Assembly: GCA_964016885.1 (NCBI GenBank)
Contig: OZ024758.1
Coordinates: 3,906,001 to 3,970,000 of the forward strand
Reading direction: 5' to 3'
DNA from: Eledone cirrhosa
Lineage: Eukaryota
DNA length: 64,000 nt
Shown: one piece after another, positions 13,801-28,280 of the stretch
How the letters are laid out: each line of letters begins with the position of its first letter
How positions within the stretch are numbered: position 1 is the first letter of the stretch
Made by a program: the position numbers and the translations under genes
The notes under the pieces: generated by a model
What the model was told of the DNA's origin: nothing
What the model saw: only the letters and a program-made list of their open reading frames with translations
Database searches by the model: none

Positions 13801-14244
13801 AAATCGAAATTAAAATCCAATTGTCATCACCAATTAATGAAATTAATTTAGTTTCTGAGTGAACGAGTATTGTTAATTTGCAGGAACAGTTGATGACCAG
13901 CCTGAATAAAATTTTGGTATTTACTTCCGATTCTCTCGTCAAACCATTTAGCACTTAGCATTTTACTTGTGTTCTAGTAACGTACCAAATAACATTATGT
14001 TGCCTGGAAAAAGAAATACACTTAGCTTTTGTATTTAATCATACGAAACTAATACATTTCTTTCTTGTTATTGAGTGGTGACTGTTTCGTCGTCGAAGGT
14101 AATCTAATTTTATTGCACCACTTGTACTCTTGATAAAGGAATGTATTGTGTATCACTACGTGTTACAAAACTTCATTTTACAACCACCTGGACCCTAGTT
14201 CGTATGATTTGCACATTACACAACAATACTCTATTCTATCATTA

Positions 14245-14348
14245 TTTTGTTAACTTTGCCTTTCATCCTTACGGGATCGATAAAATAAAGTACCTGTAAT
14301 ACACTAGGATAATTGCTGGTCATTAGCCAAAAGTAGAAACAGTTATTT
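14245..14348 (+). mobile_element. SINE family 1, 3' half
   Basis: GTTAACTTTGCCTTTCATCCTTACGGGATCGATAAAATAAAGTACC..AAAAGTAGAAAC. Confidence 0.85.
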
Positions 14349-14380
14349 TCTTTGTTGACACCAACCTAAATGTTTACATA

Positions 14381-14454
<74 letters not shown>

Positions 14455-14943
14455 GGAATTTGTAGTTTACTTGAGGCATTGAAAATATGGTATGAAAAAT
14501 TCTAAGTTTGAAGAGATATTAATCTTGAAATATCAGGATATATAAATAGTTTAAGGTAAAAACAACCCCTGTTTCTTACGACTTGATTTTTTTCTGTCCA
14601 ATCCACATGGCCGTGGTTTTCAAATTTCGAATTTTATACATACATATATATGCCTGTGCGTATACAAAATCCTGTGTATCTATGTGCGTGTGTATTAATA
14701 AAAGATCTGCGGCCATATTCAGTTGATTCAGGTTTATTTAAAACCTCGTTATACATATTTAACTGACGACTATCAGTTAAGATAGCCTGAAGTCTTCAGA
14801 CGGCAAAACCTGAAATAAACATTAAAAGTTCCTATTAGACATTTAAATCTGAAAAAATATCCTACAATTTTCCCGAAAAAGATTTTCTTTTCATGATACA
14901 GGGTCCGGCCGACCTTGGCGTTGTTTCTTCGACGGCCGGCCCC

Positions 14944-14975
<32 letters not shown>

Positions 14976-15468
14976 AAAGAAATTGGTTTAAAAGAAATCT
15001 TTGAAGTCAAAAGCATGAAGAGAATTAGATGATCAGTTGCAAATATTTTCGGGAACCCACAAAAATATGACTAAACCATTGAACCTGGCATATATTTGCT
15101 ATCGTTAATCACGTTTGACACTTCAAACACTACGTTGTTATGGGAAAGAAAACGAAAACATTGAAATGTACCGAGATATAAGCTTTCTGTACATTAGAAC
15201 CCCATTATTGCATTCAAGCAATTATAATATCTAGAGGTTGTTAGAGAACTGACATTTACATTTATATATAGCTGCGTGTGTATGTGTGTGTAGATGGAGC
15301 GAGAGAAAGAGAGAGAGAGAGATATGACCACAGTTGAGTACATCTTAATTAATCTAATTGTGTGTAACACCACAAAAGTGGTCAATGGAGATTTTCAAAT
15401 AATTTGACATATTTAGGAGCTAGGAGAAGTGTGTAATATCCTATTAAATAAGGTATGAATGTATTGAT

Positions 15469-15507
<39 letters not shown>

Positions 15508-15683
15508 TATATGAGAAAAAATGAGGAAGTTTCGTTAACATGTATGGGATTTTTATTTTGTATTTTGTACATGTAAATATTATACATGTAAACTAACCTT
15601 TCCCGTTTTTGCTAATATATACAGTCTGCCTGTGAATAGAGTGCTTATTTTCCTACTACCACCAGTAATTTACTGAATCACCT

Positions 15684-15738
<55 letters not shown>

Positions 15739-15742
<4 letters not shown>

Positions 15743-15967
15743 AACGAGTAGGAACCCGACGGCTGAGCTCAAGCCGCTTCGACGGCTAATTCTGGACTCT
15801 AATTCAGTCTCTAATTCTGGACTCTAATTCAGTCCAAAATTAGCCGTCGAAACGGCTTGAGCTCAGCCGTCGGGGTCCTACTCGTTCCTATTACCCACTC
15901 TACTACCCTAAGTATTGAGTACTTTGGTGCGTCATGGTCCACCTGGTTCCTTACCACATTTCCTTCG

Positions 15968-15969
<2 letters not shown>
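15739..15969 (+). mobile_element. Family A fold-back element
   Basis: Arms TAGGAACGAGTAGGA../..TCCTACTCGTTCCTA with a 25-bp tandem duplication in the loop; (TA)n flanks. Confidence 0.85.
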
Positions 15970-15996
<27 letters not shown>

Positions 15997-16000
<4 letters not shown>

Positions 16001-16230
16001 AAAAACAAAGTAGAGGTATTACATATGAGATTTACTGTTTAACCAAGTTAGGAATTTTTCCAAGACAGCCAGATCACGAGCCTGTTGCATGGGAAACATT
16101 TGTAACTCGGTTTAAGCTATAAATCTCATATGTAATACCTCGACTTTGTTCTTATTATATACACTCTGATCTGCATTGAGTGATGTCATTGGTACTCTGT
16201 TTTCTCCGGACTTACTGAATCTTTTGCACA
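15997..16230 (+). mobile_element. Fold-back element within (TA)n (separate family)
   Basis: ACAAAGTAGAGGTATTACATATGAGATTTA / TAAATCTCATATGTAATACCTCGACTTTGT arms; GAAA-CATTTG-TA motif; tail. Confidence 0.65.
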
Positions 16231-16684
16231 CAAACATATATATATATATATATATACATATTTCTAATATCAGTACAATCCCTAAAATATGGGGTAATGG
16301 GGTAGCAGGTTTAATATAACCAGTACTTGAATGTACTTTATTTTACTGATCCTGAAATAATGGACGCTCCGGTAACATCGTAGCGAAATTCATGTCGTAA
16401 TATGTAAAGAATAAACAAAAAAAAACTACAAGGCATGTTGAGGCTCTACCAATTATATTAATCTACCGAATTGATTATCTGATATGAGTAAAGGGAAAAC
16501 AATCAATGGGAGTTAACTGCTAATTAGACTATTTATTTGGTAATTTATTTTATCGTTACGAAAGGATCAAAGGTTACTTCTCTCCCTGAGGGATTGCAAT
16601 ACAGAACTTAAAGGGACGTAACGAAACACCATATGGCATATTATTTGAGGTTCGACATTAACTACCATCGAACGAACACACATG

Positions 16685-16720
<36 letters not shown>

Positions 16721-16766
16721 TACACATATGCACACAAACATACACATATATATATATGTGTGTATG

Positions 16767-16799
<33 letters not shown>

Positions 16800-16811
16800 G
16801 TATGTATGTAG

Positions 16812-16960
16812 AAAGAACAAAGAGGTTGTGGTAGGCCACCAGGTGGACCATAACGCACCAGAGTATTCTATACTTAGGGTAGTAGAGTGGGTAATATGAA
16901 AAGAGTCAGGAACCCGACGGCTGAGCTCCGGCCGTTTCGACAGCTAGATAACTCCTGGAA
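16812..16960 (-). mobile_element. Family A element, single arm
   Basis: GTTGTGGTAGG..GGGTAGTAGAGTGGGTAATA..GAACCCGACGGCTGAGCTCCGGCCGTTTCGAC. Confidence 0.75.
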
Positions 16961-17875
16961 AGGCTTATAGAAATTAGTAACATTTATCACTGGACTTCCG
17001 GGTCGAACCTCTTCCTCTTTAATATCTCTCTCTCCGTCGCATGTATTGGGTGCTACACTATGATTTTTGAGACACAATAACACACAGACCTACACACATT
17101 ATATATATATATAATGTGTATGTATATATAATGTATATATTCACATATATTTATATGTATATATGTGTGTGTGTGTATAAAGTTAGGGAGAGGAATATTG
17201 GATGTGATTTATTTGAATCTATATCATTATCTATATTTTCACTGTCATTGACGTATTTTTTTTTTGTTTATTTTACACTACATTTGTTTCCCCTAATTTG
17301 TTTTTGTTTTTACTTTTTCATTGGTAAAACGGTTTTAGTATCAAATTTAACAATAAATGTATAGATTTCATCGAATCACAGAACGATCGCCTCTAGAGAT
17401 TTGAAACTATAGCTCTTTGCATATTGAACACGCAATTTTCTCATTCTCTCAGGACTCGTAAAAAACAACATTCACATAAAGGCAAATCTATTTCAAAAGA
17501 GCACTTATTCTTTTCCCACACGTAATAATTCCAGCAGAGCTTGCATAGATGGCATTTCTACTTAGTGTTTTTTACATACACACACTCTTATCTTTCATTA
17601 TTCCTTTCCTTTTACACTACACCTTCTCTCTTCCACTCTCTCACTCTCTCTTTCTCTATCACTTCCTATCTCTCCCTTTCTATCCCTCCCTTCCTATCCC
17701 TCCCTTCCTATCTCTCTCTTCTTATAGCTACCTCTTCTTATCTCGCTCTATATATATCTTTCTCTCACTCTATATCTCTTTCTCTCTATCTATCTCCCAC
17801 CCTCTCTATATATCTCTTCTCTTTCTCTCCTTCTCTATCTCCCTCTCTCTCCCTCTCTCTCTCTCGCTCTCTCTC

Positions 17876-17951
17876 ATACATACATACATACATACATACA
17901 TACATACATACATACATACATACATACATACATACATACATACATACATAC
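17876..17951. repeat. (TACA)n microsatellite
   Basis: Directly visible. Confidence 0.95.
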
Positions 17952-18186
17952 AGAAATCACATACACGTATATAATCACCGCATAAATATACGTTATCAGT
18001 TTCACATCAATATATAGGATGATATCAATCGATCATGCATACACATAGATATACACTCATACATATATTCATACATACATATATTCATACATACACACAT
18101 ATACATACATAAATACACACATATATTCGTTCGTATCTTCATATATACATACGCTTAGGCCTAGATGCACACGATCATACATACAT

Positions 18187-18245
<59 letters not shown>

Positions 18246-20847
18246 AATGTAAATATAAACTCGCATTCGTTGAATATACACTCATTATTCAGGAATCGAA
18301 TAAAGCCTTGGTTTTATTCATTTATTGACTGCCAAAAATGAACGGAAATATCTGCTCTATTACATATAACATGTGTTCGTTTGTGCGTAAGTGACAATGT
18401 GTGTGATTGTTAATATGTATGTGTTAGTTCCAATGTGTGTGTGTGTGTGGAAGTGTGAATATATCTGTGTAAAAAGCTATGATTTCCCATCATGTAGATA
18501 AATCTTGCTCACTATTTCTGATATCTTGGTTGATTCTCTCTATGAAGATATATTGCATCGCAGTATATTTGTATTATAAACAAAATGGCTGCCGATCTAT
18601 ACATAAGTGTACCGTTCAGCATACTAAATACAAGTTTGGCAGTCTCTCGCATATGTAATATAGGTATTTAAATAAATTCTATCAGCTGTGATTTTCCGAA
18701 CGATTATTGGAATATAGTCATTTACCTCTATAAATTCCATTCCTCAACGTAAATCCCACCACAGTGAACAAGCCCCTTTTATGAGTGTTGTGCCAACAAA
18801 ATACGTACTCGTATTATATTGGTCTTCTATTAATAGTTATATTTGTTATTGCTTCTGTTTTCTTGTTTGTTTCTTGTTAGTCCTGGAATATTTGAGATCG
18901 TTAGTTTCATTTCCTTCCGATAATGTTTGTAATTTGAATTTGGTTAGTTTTCTGCAAATCTAAAAACAACATATAAAATCACCAGTGATATAGTGGAGAT
19001 GATTCTATTGATCATATCATTTTGGTATCACAGCTGGCTGATTACTCAGTCGAAAGAAAATTAATCAATAACCTAACGTTACATTTGTGGATAATTATGT
19101 ACAGATTTGTCAGCTGCAGCTGATATAGTCAGAAGAGGATTGGTACACCCGGAAATTATTCAGCAGTTCGTATCCATAGCGAACATAAAATCTCAAGTGC
19201 GAACTTTCCCATACCCTTAAACAGGTAACATAAGGATATGCACTTTATTTTTGTAAATAACGGTTTCTGATTTAGAAAAAAGATTGACATTTTGTTGAGG
19301 GGCAGGACAGGGATTACTTAGACTATGTACTTCACTGGTACATTCCATTCATTGATAAAGGAATGACAAAAGGGAAATATTACAGGATTTGAAATCAGAA
19401 ATTTTGATGAGGGAGAGAACAGTGATTACTTAGACCATGTGCTTCGCTGGTACTTTGTTTTATTGATATGACGAAAAGGAATTATTAGCTTGAGTGGATT
19501 TGAAGTCAGAGTGAAAAACCTCCGAACAAAAGAAGCAAAGCATTATGTCTCACTTTCTATCGATTCTGCCAAACCTCTACATCAATTCTAAATATGATGA
19601 GAGGGATGTTGGTTTGGCGTAAAGATTTAAATTCCCACTCGCCCCCCATAGATATGACCTGAAGAATTATGGAGCTATACTTAAACCTCAATTCTATTAT
19701 GGCTATAGCCATGTATTCCCACATACAAACCAACAAAAAAAGAGGCTTTATGGCAAAGCCTTTTCTGTAAATATTCATTTTTGGAATAATAAAATATTTT
19801 CGAGAACTTAATAGAAGGTTGAACTTAAACCAGGGGAGGTTTTATGTGATGGAAATATAAATGAATTGAAAGTAAAGTTAGTTTCAGTGAGGTTTAAATA
19901 ACTCGAAACCTAAATATTTAAACGATCTCTTCTAAGGTTACTTATGTACTGCAATTGTTGTAAATTATATCTGATCTGTACTAACCACGCATTAAATACA
20001 ATATTCTGAATCTAGAATAAATGCCTTCATATGTCTATTTATGTATTTACTGTTTAAATGTCAAACAGCCTCTGCTTCCATACTAATATAATAAAAAAAG
20101 AGAGAAGAAGGAGTGATGGACGATAAAAGGACGTGCTTCTGACAGGAGATAATTTTATTCCTCCCTAAAATCAGCTGGCTTTCTGCTGAATTGAGATTTA
20201 TTTTTCATGCATAGTAATTTGAAGATTATTCAATACTATGATTTTCAGCATTGTTAGTGTTGTTATTGTGGTGGTAGTGTTGTTAGTGGTGGATGTGGTG
20301 TTGTAATTGTTGTAGTGGTGTTGTTGGTAATGTGGTTGTGGGTTTCCCTCTCAAATTCAGTGATAGTATCGCAAATGCCTTGAATATTAAGATTTACTTT
20401 TGAAAATACATTTGCTTCTAACTTACTTTTGACAAGAAGTCAATGTTATGAAAATAACCATACATAACACAGTTGTACTACAAACTGCACTGCCAGAATG
20501 GTTTCTGTTCTTTAAGGATTGTTGGATCATAGTGGCTCAACTGAATCAACGAATTGCATTGTGCTGTTGAGGGTTCAACATTTACTTTCTCGGAACAAAT
20601 CTCGCTGAGATTAACGTTGTAGTTCACCTTGCAAGAGTTATTTAAAATATAGAAGTTGTTAAATAACAGGTTTAGTCAAACAAGAGACTCCTGGTGAGAG
20701 TCTTGAACAAATATTTCTATTCTAACACACAATTTAGGAATTCTGCTGAGGATCATCAGTCTCAAGTATTTATTGATGAGAAACATATTTTGTACGCCTC
20801 AAAGTATATTCAACAAAAGAATAAGTAAATAAAATCATACGTGAATA

Positions 20848-21127
20848 TGTGGAGGTGTGTAGACTAGTGTTATGGGGTGATGCACTTACGATCATAATGT
20901 CGTGGGTTCGATTCCTGGCTTTGTGTTGTGTTTTGTATTATTGAGCAAAACTCTTCATTTCACGTTGCTCCAGTACACTCACGTGAAAATGAGTACCAGC
21001 AATAGCTTAGTTTTATACCTGCGAGGGACTGGCGCTTTGGCCAAGGCAATGTTTGAACTCTCAATCGCTTCAGGCCATGAAACCGGGATAAACACCGGCC
21101 CAATGAGCCGCCTAGTGTGAGACAGGC
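20848..21127 (+). mobile_element. CORE-like SINE with V-domain-like 3' module
   Basis: tRNA-like head with GGGTTCGATTCC, TTGAGCAAAACTCTTCATTTCACGTTGCTCC core and CCTGCGAGGGACTGGCG module; homologous to 34470-34890 (minus). Confidence 0.72.
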
Positions 21128-21489
21128 GATTCTTCTACATCCTAGAAATAACACCTGAATGTATCGTAACATCTGGAAATAATTGGAAGGTTGCATTGCA
21201 AAATGCAAAGTTATGGATGCACTACATGGTTGTGATCCCTGCATTGATATATCTATTCATACAGGTTGATCGGAGTATAATCAACTACAAAGACAACTGT
21301 AACATTATCCTGACATTGTAAAAACTCAAATGGGTTTTCACTATTGGGTGCATTAATGGCAACTCTACGACGAGACATATAAAGTCAGTAATTTGAAATG
21401 TAATCGTGTTTGTCCTGTAGTAAAGTACTTTAATACAAATTAGCTACCAATGTCTCAATGGGAGACTCTGTGTCTGTGAAACATACATA

Positions 21490-21610
21490 TATACAAGGTT
21501 CGAACATAAAGGAACTAAACTCCCACTATCACTGCCTCCGTCTCTCCTGCTCTCCCCACCTCTCACTATTATGAGCAAATGAAGGCCTACGCGCTGGCGA
21601 CCACGTGGCT
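21490..21610 (-). mobile_element. Unclassified interspersed repeat
   Basis: Reverse complement matches 39050-39170 and 51940-52020 (GGGGAGAGC..ACGGAGGCAGTGA..TTTAGTTCCTTT). Confidence 0.65.
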
Positions 21611-22377
21611 GCGGTGGATAGGATAGAGAAGGCGTTTCACTGGCGGATGGTGAAGGAGACCCGATGGAAATATTAACCGTGAAAAATATGCAACACTAAT
21701 TGTAGGATATACAGTGTCATTTAGTACCGAGTTTACACAACTTTGAAGCTGTTTGTTTTCATGATTAACCGCCTACACCTTCTCCCCCGTCTAGACATTA
21801 TTCCATCTAATTAATCTAAAACATTTCAGAAATTGAAACTCTTACATTGACCTATATTTGTCGCAGTTGTAATACGAAATAACTCTTTTGATTAGAGCCT
21901 TTAAATGTCACATTGTTCTCAGCAACGAAGATATTATAAAGATACTCAAAACGCAGAAAATATTTCTATTTAATACGTGAAGTATACCCGCGGGCGGACA
22001 CAAACGCAAGCAAGCACGAAGGTACAGACAAAGCATTCACATTCAGCCATAAAAGCAGATGCAGACCTACATGCACGCTCACGTATTATCACACATATTC
22101 ACGATATCAACAGTAAATATCAACATATATATCCGAATTCCTATAAATATACAGTATGCTGTATGACTGGGCCCTCTAAATATGTTACGATGTCACACTC
22201 ATTCTCCGGAGTCTTTTCAATCCGTTAGTTTCCCAAAATCCTCAAGTGCAATGATGTATATAAATTGTTAGGTGGTGAGAGATATACAGGAAATACTGAG
22301 CTTTAAAACAGATGAATCGCTGATCTACAATCTATTAGTGAACACACACACACACACACACACACATACACACACAT

Positions 22378-22439
<62 letters not shown>

Positions 22440-22655
22440 TTGAAAGAGATAGAAGGCTAAACAATGCAAAATGGACTGTTAATCTTTGGGGTTTTTTGTG
22501 TGGTTGTTGTTTAAAAAGCAACAAAAAAGACAAAAATTACGAGGTAACTTACTTTTACGTTTCGTTACCTCATCTTACAGTTCATTTTACATTGTTTAGC
22601 CTTCTATCTCTTTCAACGTTATATATGATATAGAATGCTTCAACCAACTACATTT

Positions 22656-22660
<5 letters not shown>
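22440..22660 (+). mobile_element. Fold-back element within (TA)n
   Basis: TTGAAAGAGATAGAAGGCTAAACAATG / CATTGTTTAGCCTTCTATCTCTTTCAA arms plus a short tail. Confidence 0.7.
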
Positions 22661-22696
<36 letters not shown>

Positions 22697-22859
22697 TATA
22701 TATATATACACACATGTATATATCAGTAACAATAGATTATCAATCGGGAGGTCAGTGGTTTCAGCTAGCTACCGCTTAGCTTACTAGCCGAACCCACTCT
22801 TCACCTTACCATACATTGAGTGAGTACTTCTGTGATTTTTGGTCTCACAGCGTATCAAC

Positions 22860-22864
22860 ACACG

Positions 22865-22929
<65 letters not shown>

Positions 22930-22932
22930 GTA

Positions 22933-23024
<92 letters not shown>

Positions 23025-23025
23025 C
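22860..23025. repeat. (CA)n grading into (CACG)n microsatellite
   Basis: Directly visible. Confidence 0.95.
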
Positions 23026-23204
23026 AGTTTAACAATAATAATAATAATAATAATAAAGAAGGCAAGTCATTTTACATTTCAATATTTTACGATCGTTTCG
23101 GAGGGTTGATCATATTGATATATTGAGTGTTAGTATACAGTTCTCTAACTGCTATATATCAGTCAGACATAATTTATGTTCGCTCATGCCGTGGACCACA
23201 TTTC

Positions 23205-23240
<36 letters not shown>

Positions 23241-23690
23241 CATTTCAACACACAAATATATATATATTTGTGTGTTGATATGTTAGGGCTTAATATACTG
23301 TAAATGAACGACAGCAAAGAATTGAATGATTTTTAGTTTTTTGAAACTCTATAAATTCAGAAGATTGTGAAATTGAAAGTTAAAACCTTCAGATTTTGAA
23401 ATGGAAAAAACAAAGAAGAATTGAATATACTGAAACAAATTTAATGCGATGATATATTTCTGCCAAAACTGCAACCATTTACGCTACACATACCTCTGCT
23501 AATAGATCATATATTAATAACACAGCTTCATAACTAACATAATTAATTCCATCGACGTTAGAGGAAGGGGAGGAGAAAGAGGGAAAGAAAGTGAGAGGAG
23601 AAAAGACAAAGATAGAAAGAGACAGAGGTGGGGGAGGGGGGGGCAGAGACAGTGAGTATGTATGAAAAAAAGTTAGAGGAGAAAAGACAA

Positions 23691-23722
<32 letters not shown>

Positions 23723-23775
23723 TAAAAATGAAATTTAACCACCATAGAAATTAATCATCTATTTTAATAGGTAAT

Positions 23776-23806
<31 letters not shown>

Positions 23807-23807
23807 T

Positions 23808-23847
<40 letters not shown>

Positions 23848-24010
23848 TAATGTATCAGCTGTGCTACGGCGAGAAATACAAATTTTGATTTTAGTTTGCT
23901 CCGTGGTCAGCCATAACACCCTCGGTATGGAAATGAGGTTACTCAGCTGATCTGTAACTTAAGAAAATACTATATATTCTCAACCATTTAACAGAACTGC
24001 AGAGGTTTAC

Positions 24011-24049
24011 TATCCTGATGAAGGGTAATGACCCAGAAACATGTTGATG
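24011..24049 (+). ncRNA. Minimal type I hammerhead ribozyme motif
   Basis: TATC-CTGATGA-A-GGGT-AATG-ACCC-A-GAAA-CATG-T-T-GATG; palindromic CAUG tetraloop and a 4-bp helix I including a G.U pair. Confidence 0.65.
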
Positions 24050-24284
24050 ACGATTTGTCATCGGCACGGCACATCTTTAATCCATTGGTTTTTCCATTGC
24101 TGATACTATCTAACTCTAGCAAATACCTGCAGAAGGGAAATGTGAAATAAAGTGAGATAACGCATCACCTGGTCCGAGAATAAAACCTGTTGAGATTGCC
24201 CTCCATCATAATTACATGACGGAGCTGGGCCATTGAAATATGTATAGGGATATATATATATCAAATATATAAGAACCCTAGAGC

Positions 24285-24413
24285 AAATAACAGATTAAAG
24301 TTTAAGCAAAGAATCAGTGCTTTCACCCTGAACGGGATCTTCTGAAACTGTTTTAGAAGATCCCGTTAAGGGTGAAAGCAGTGATTCTTTGCTTAAACTT
24401 TAATCTGTTATTT
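24285..24413. mobile_element. Family C fold-back element
   Basis: Arms of about 60 bp around GAAGATCCCGTTAAGGGTGAAAGC; other copies at 56505-56556, 58221-58325 and 62408-62556. Confidence 0.8.
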
Positions 24414-24444
24414 TGATAAATAAATAAATATATATATATATATA

Positions 24445-24640
24445 TGAAAAGATTCAGGACCCTGACGGCTGAACTTCGGCCGTTTCGACAGCTATATTTG
24501 AAGGTTCGGATCTAACTGTCGAAACGGCCAGAGCTCAGCCGTCGGGGTTCTGAATATTTTCCTATTACCAACTCTACTACCACAAATATCGAGTACTCTC
24601 GTGAGTTATGATCCACCTGGTATTCTACCACACCCTATCT
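24445..24640 (+). mobile_element. Family A fold-back element (diverged subtype)
   Basis: CGGCCGTTTCGACAG..CTGTCGAAACGGCC arms plus CTCTACTACC..GAGTACTC tail. Confidence 0.8.
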
Positions 24641-24656
24641 GATATCTCTCTCTCTC

Positions 24657-24709
<53 letters not shown>

Positions 24710-25199
24710 GTGTGTACATTTACATACATGCACACATGTATACAAAGGTACCTATGCATACATAGAGGCCCACGAGAATACGTCCGGATATATACCCCGC
24801 CCCTCTCATTCATATATAGTATGTGGGGAAGTAATTAGTTGAAGTAATTGACCGTAATTAATCTTATCAGGTAAACAAAATTTCATGTTTTAATGACTTA
24901 AAAACAATATGCAACCACGTTGAAATTAATTTTGGGAGTTTAATTAATTTTTTCGACCCGGTATTTTTGTTAAGGTTTCCATGATATACTATCGATTGAA
25001 AATCTAATATAATAAATTAATTAATTTAATTAATTAGCTAAACAGAGATGATAGATTAATATAGCCGATATTGGAACAAACTACATTTGGTCGTTCTTTT
25101 CTTTTGGAAAGTTGATGTAGCTGAAATATTATATTACATAATGAAAAATGAATTTCAATTTTACCGATTTCTATGCGAATAAAACTTATCTCTTCCTCC

Positions 25200-25700
25200 A
25201 CAACACATATAAACACATACTTACACATAGGAAGATACATATACTTACACATATAAACATATACTTACACATATGAACACATACATACTTACATATATAA
25301 ACATATACTTACACATATGAACACATACATACTTACACATATAAACACATACATACTTACATATATAAACATATACTTACACATATGAACACATACATAC
25401 TTACACATATAAACACATACTTACACATAGGAACATATACTTACACATATAAACACATACTTACACATAGGAACATACATATACTTACACATATGAACAT
25501 ATACATACTTACAGATATGAACATAAACATACTTACACATAAATCACACACATACTTATTATACATATGGACATACACATATGGACATACACATATGGAC
25601 ATACACGTATGGACATATATATACTTACACATAAATATACACATACTTACACATATACACATACACATACTTACACATAAGAACACACACATACTGACAC
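25200..25700. repeat. Minisatellite of about 20-24 bp (ACACATATRAACA[CA]TACATACTT)
   Basis: More than 20 degenerate tandem units. Confidence 0.9.
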
Positions 25701-26752
25701 ATACTAGCACCTCAACAACACATGGGCCGACATATAAACACACACATCCTACCACTACATGAACAACACATATACATACACATAAACGCACACATATTTC
25801 CACATACTACTACTTCAATAACACAATCACCCACATATAAACACACACATACACAAATTTATATATACCACAACCTCAAAAACACATACAGCTACATATA
25901 AACGCACGCATACATACACATATTTGTACATACTACTGCCCCAACATCACGTGGGTCCACAAATCACCACACACAACACACTACTACTTCAACAACAGAA
26001 GGACACAACATCTGAACACACGCACGCACAGATCTTTACGCATATTTTTACATACTACACAAACACGACACCAATGTATATACATACACAAACTCACAGA
26101 AACAAACACAACATATAAATTAACTCGAAGAAACGAATCTTCTTTCAAGCGAGGAAAGCACATTTAATGAAATATTGCCATTCGCTTAAGATACTAACCA
26201 GGAGTGAGAAGAACTGTGAAAGCATTATAAATCTGTTTTACTACAAGAATTTCCATCATAGAATAGCAAGCAGCACTCCACGCCAACCACACATATATAA
26301 ACACGTATAGAATCGTTCATATACACACAATACTGTACGGTTCTTTCCCATACATTAAGACATGACTTAATAAACACATGTGTTCGTAAAATACCATTAA
26401 TGCAACACAATCATCTTTCACTGACATTGTCACAATATATAACAGATATTGGTTTACATTCTCGACCTCCTTTCTTGAAGATAAACTTTTAAGATATCAA
26501 GGAATTATTCACGCGAGAATGTTTTATAGTTTTACTCGAATTTGGATGAAGAATAAAACAATAATAATAATAATAATAATAATAAATACTTAAATGTAGA
26601 AAGAAAACTAGAATCTTTTAAATCTTCAGTTTTCTGTATAGTAATATCATGTATTTTATAGAAGAAAACAGAGACCGATTTAAACTCAAATGGCGCTTGA
26701 TATATTTCAGATTATAACATGATGTATGTATGTATGTATGTATGTATGTATG

Positions 26753-27148
26753 TCCATCCAAAATCACCGGGAGAGATGACCCCTTAGCCTTTGTCAAGGC
26801 AGAATTCTAGGAGAAGGAAAACTCTGATATAACACCTGCAACCCTGATGGTAAATATCATCTTGGTTAAGAAAGTGGGACAAGGCTTTGTGCAGTGACTT
26901 TACTCACTATAAAAGCTTCACAGTACAGGCATTGCTTTATATCTGGAGATCTCTCTGCACTTGTCATCACATGGTACCATGGGCCCAGCACTATGTGTCA
27001 ATAATTGTTACAAGTGTAGTGTTTGTACCAGAGTTTTCAAGTCGCTGGCTGGACTAAAAAGTCACACTTGTTCAGCGCATCGGTAGGGGTTCTCCTACAT
27101 CGATATAAAGTAGTGGCCGTACTCGAAAACGAGTTGGCAGCCACCATA
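26753..27148 (+). mobile_element. (TATG)n-flanked element with RTE-like 5' UTR motif
   Basis: CTAGGAGAAGGAAAACTCTGA..ACCTGC motif shared with 47548-47822; (TATG)n on both sides. Confidence 0.5.
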
Positions 27149-27944
27149 TATGTATGTATGTATGTATGTATGTATTTGCTTACGTACTACGTGTATATAT
27201 TTATGTACATATACATATATGATTATGTTTATGTATATGTATATATATTTATATATATAATGTATATGTGTATATATATGGGTCTGTGTGTATACATACA
27301 CAAGATCACATATATGAATTTATGTATACTCGTATTGTATAAGTAAATAGAGAACAGGAAGAGAAAAAAATATACTGTCGCATGTACTGAGATTGAAAAA
27401 GTATGTTTAAAGTGAAGTATATGTTGTATACATTAATTTTATATAGTCCTACATAGACCGTGACAAGACAAAACTTAGTTGTTGGAGGATATGTTTTGCT
27501 GTCTGGCGGCCATGATGGGGTTATCAGCGGGGGTGTAGAGTATGAGAGATGGGTGAGGCGCCATTAGTCCCATTTTGATATTCTTGCTCATACTAATATC
27601 ATTTCTCTCCAAGTTAAATGCATACGTCCGCACATAAACAACCACCGAGAAACCATCTAACAAACACACACACACACAAACACGAACAATCTCACAAACA
27701 CATACAAGGATTCGCTAAAATGCCAGATAAATATCCCGCAAATCACACCCTTCATCATCATCACCATCATCATCAGCATTCAACTTTTTGATTATGCAGG
27801 ACACAATTAATCCGTAAGTTGGGGTGGGTCCTGCCTGACAGCCAACCTTAGCGGCCCGCTCCATGTGTTTCTGTCCACCGGTCTCACTTTGGCCAGGCCA
27901 AGCTTAGCTTATATCCATTAAAATCCAAGAATAGTTCAGATAAT

Positions 27945-28280
27945 CGTTTCTGATTTGGGCACAAGGTCAACAATTTGTGGGATGGGAAAGTCTATTAAAT
28001 CTTTACCATTGCATTACTGGTACTTTATTTTATCGACCCCGTAATAATGATTTCTAGTATAGGCACAAGACCAGTAATTTGGGGGGAGGGGAAAATCAAT
28101 TAAATCGACCCAGTGCGTGACTGGTTAATTAGTTTATCGACCCCGTAAGGATAAAAGGCAAAGTTAACCTCGGCGGGATTTGAACTCAGACCGTAAAGGG
28201 CCGTAACTCTAAGCCTCTACCGATACTTACAATCGACGACCTTTAATTGACCCCGTAATAATGAAAGGCAAAGCAAATCT
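27945..28280 (-). mobile_element. Head-to-tail cluster of SINE family 1 copies
   Basis: Repeated TTATCGACCCCGTAA and GGCGGGATTTGAACTCAGA. Confidence 0.85.

Noticed and set aside
14757-14825. CTGACGA-CTATC/GATAG hammerhead-like motif
   Set aside because: GAAA is not correctly placed and there is no helix I. Similar weak hits at about 22750, 35380 and 51810 were also not counted.
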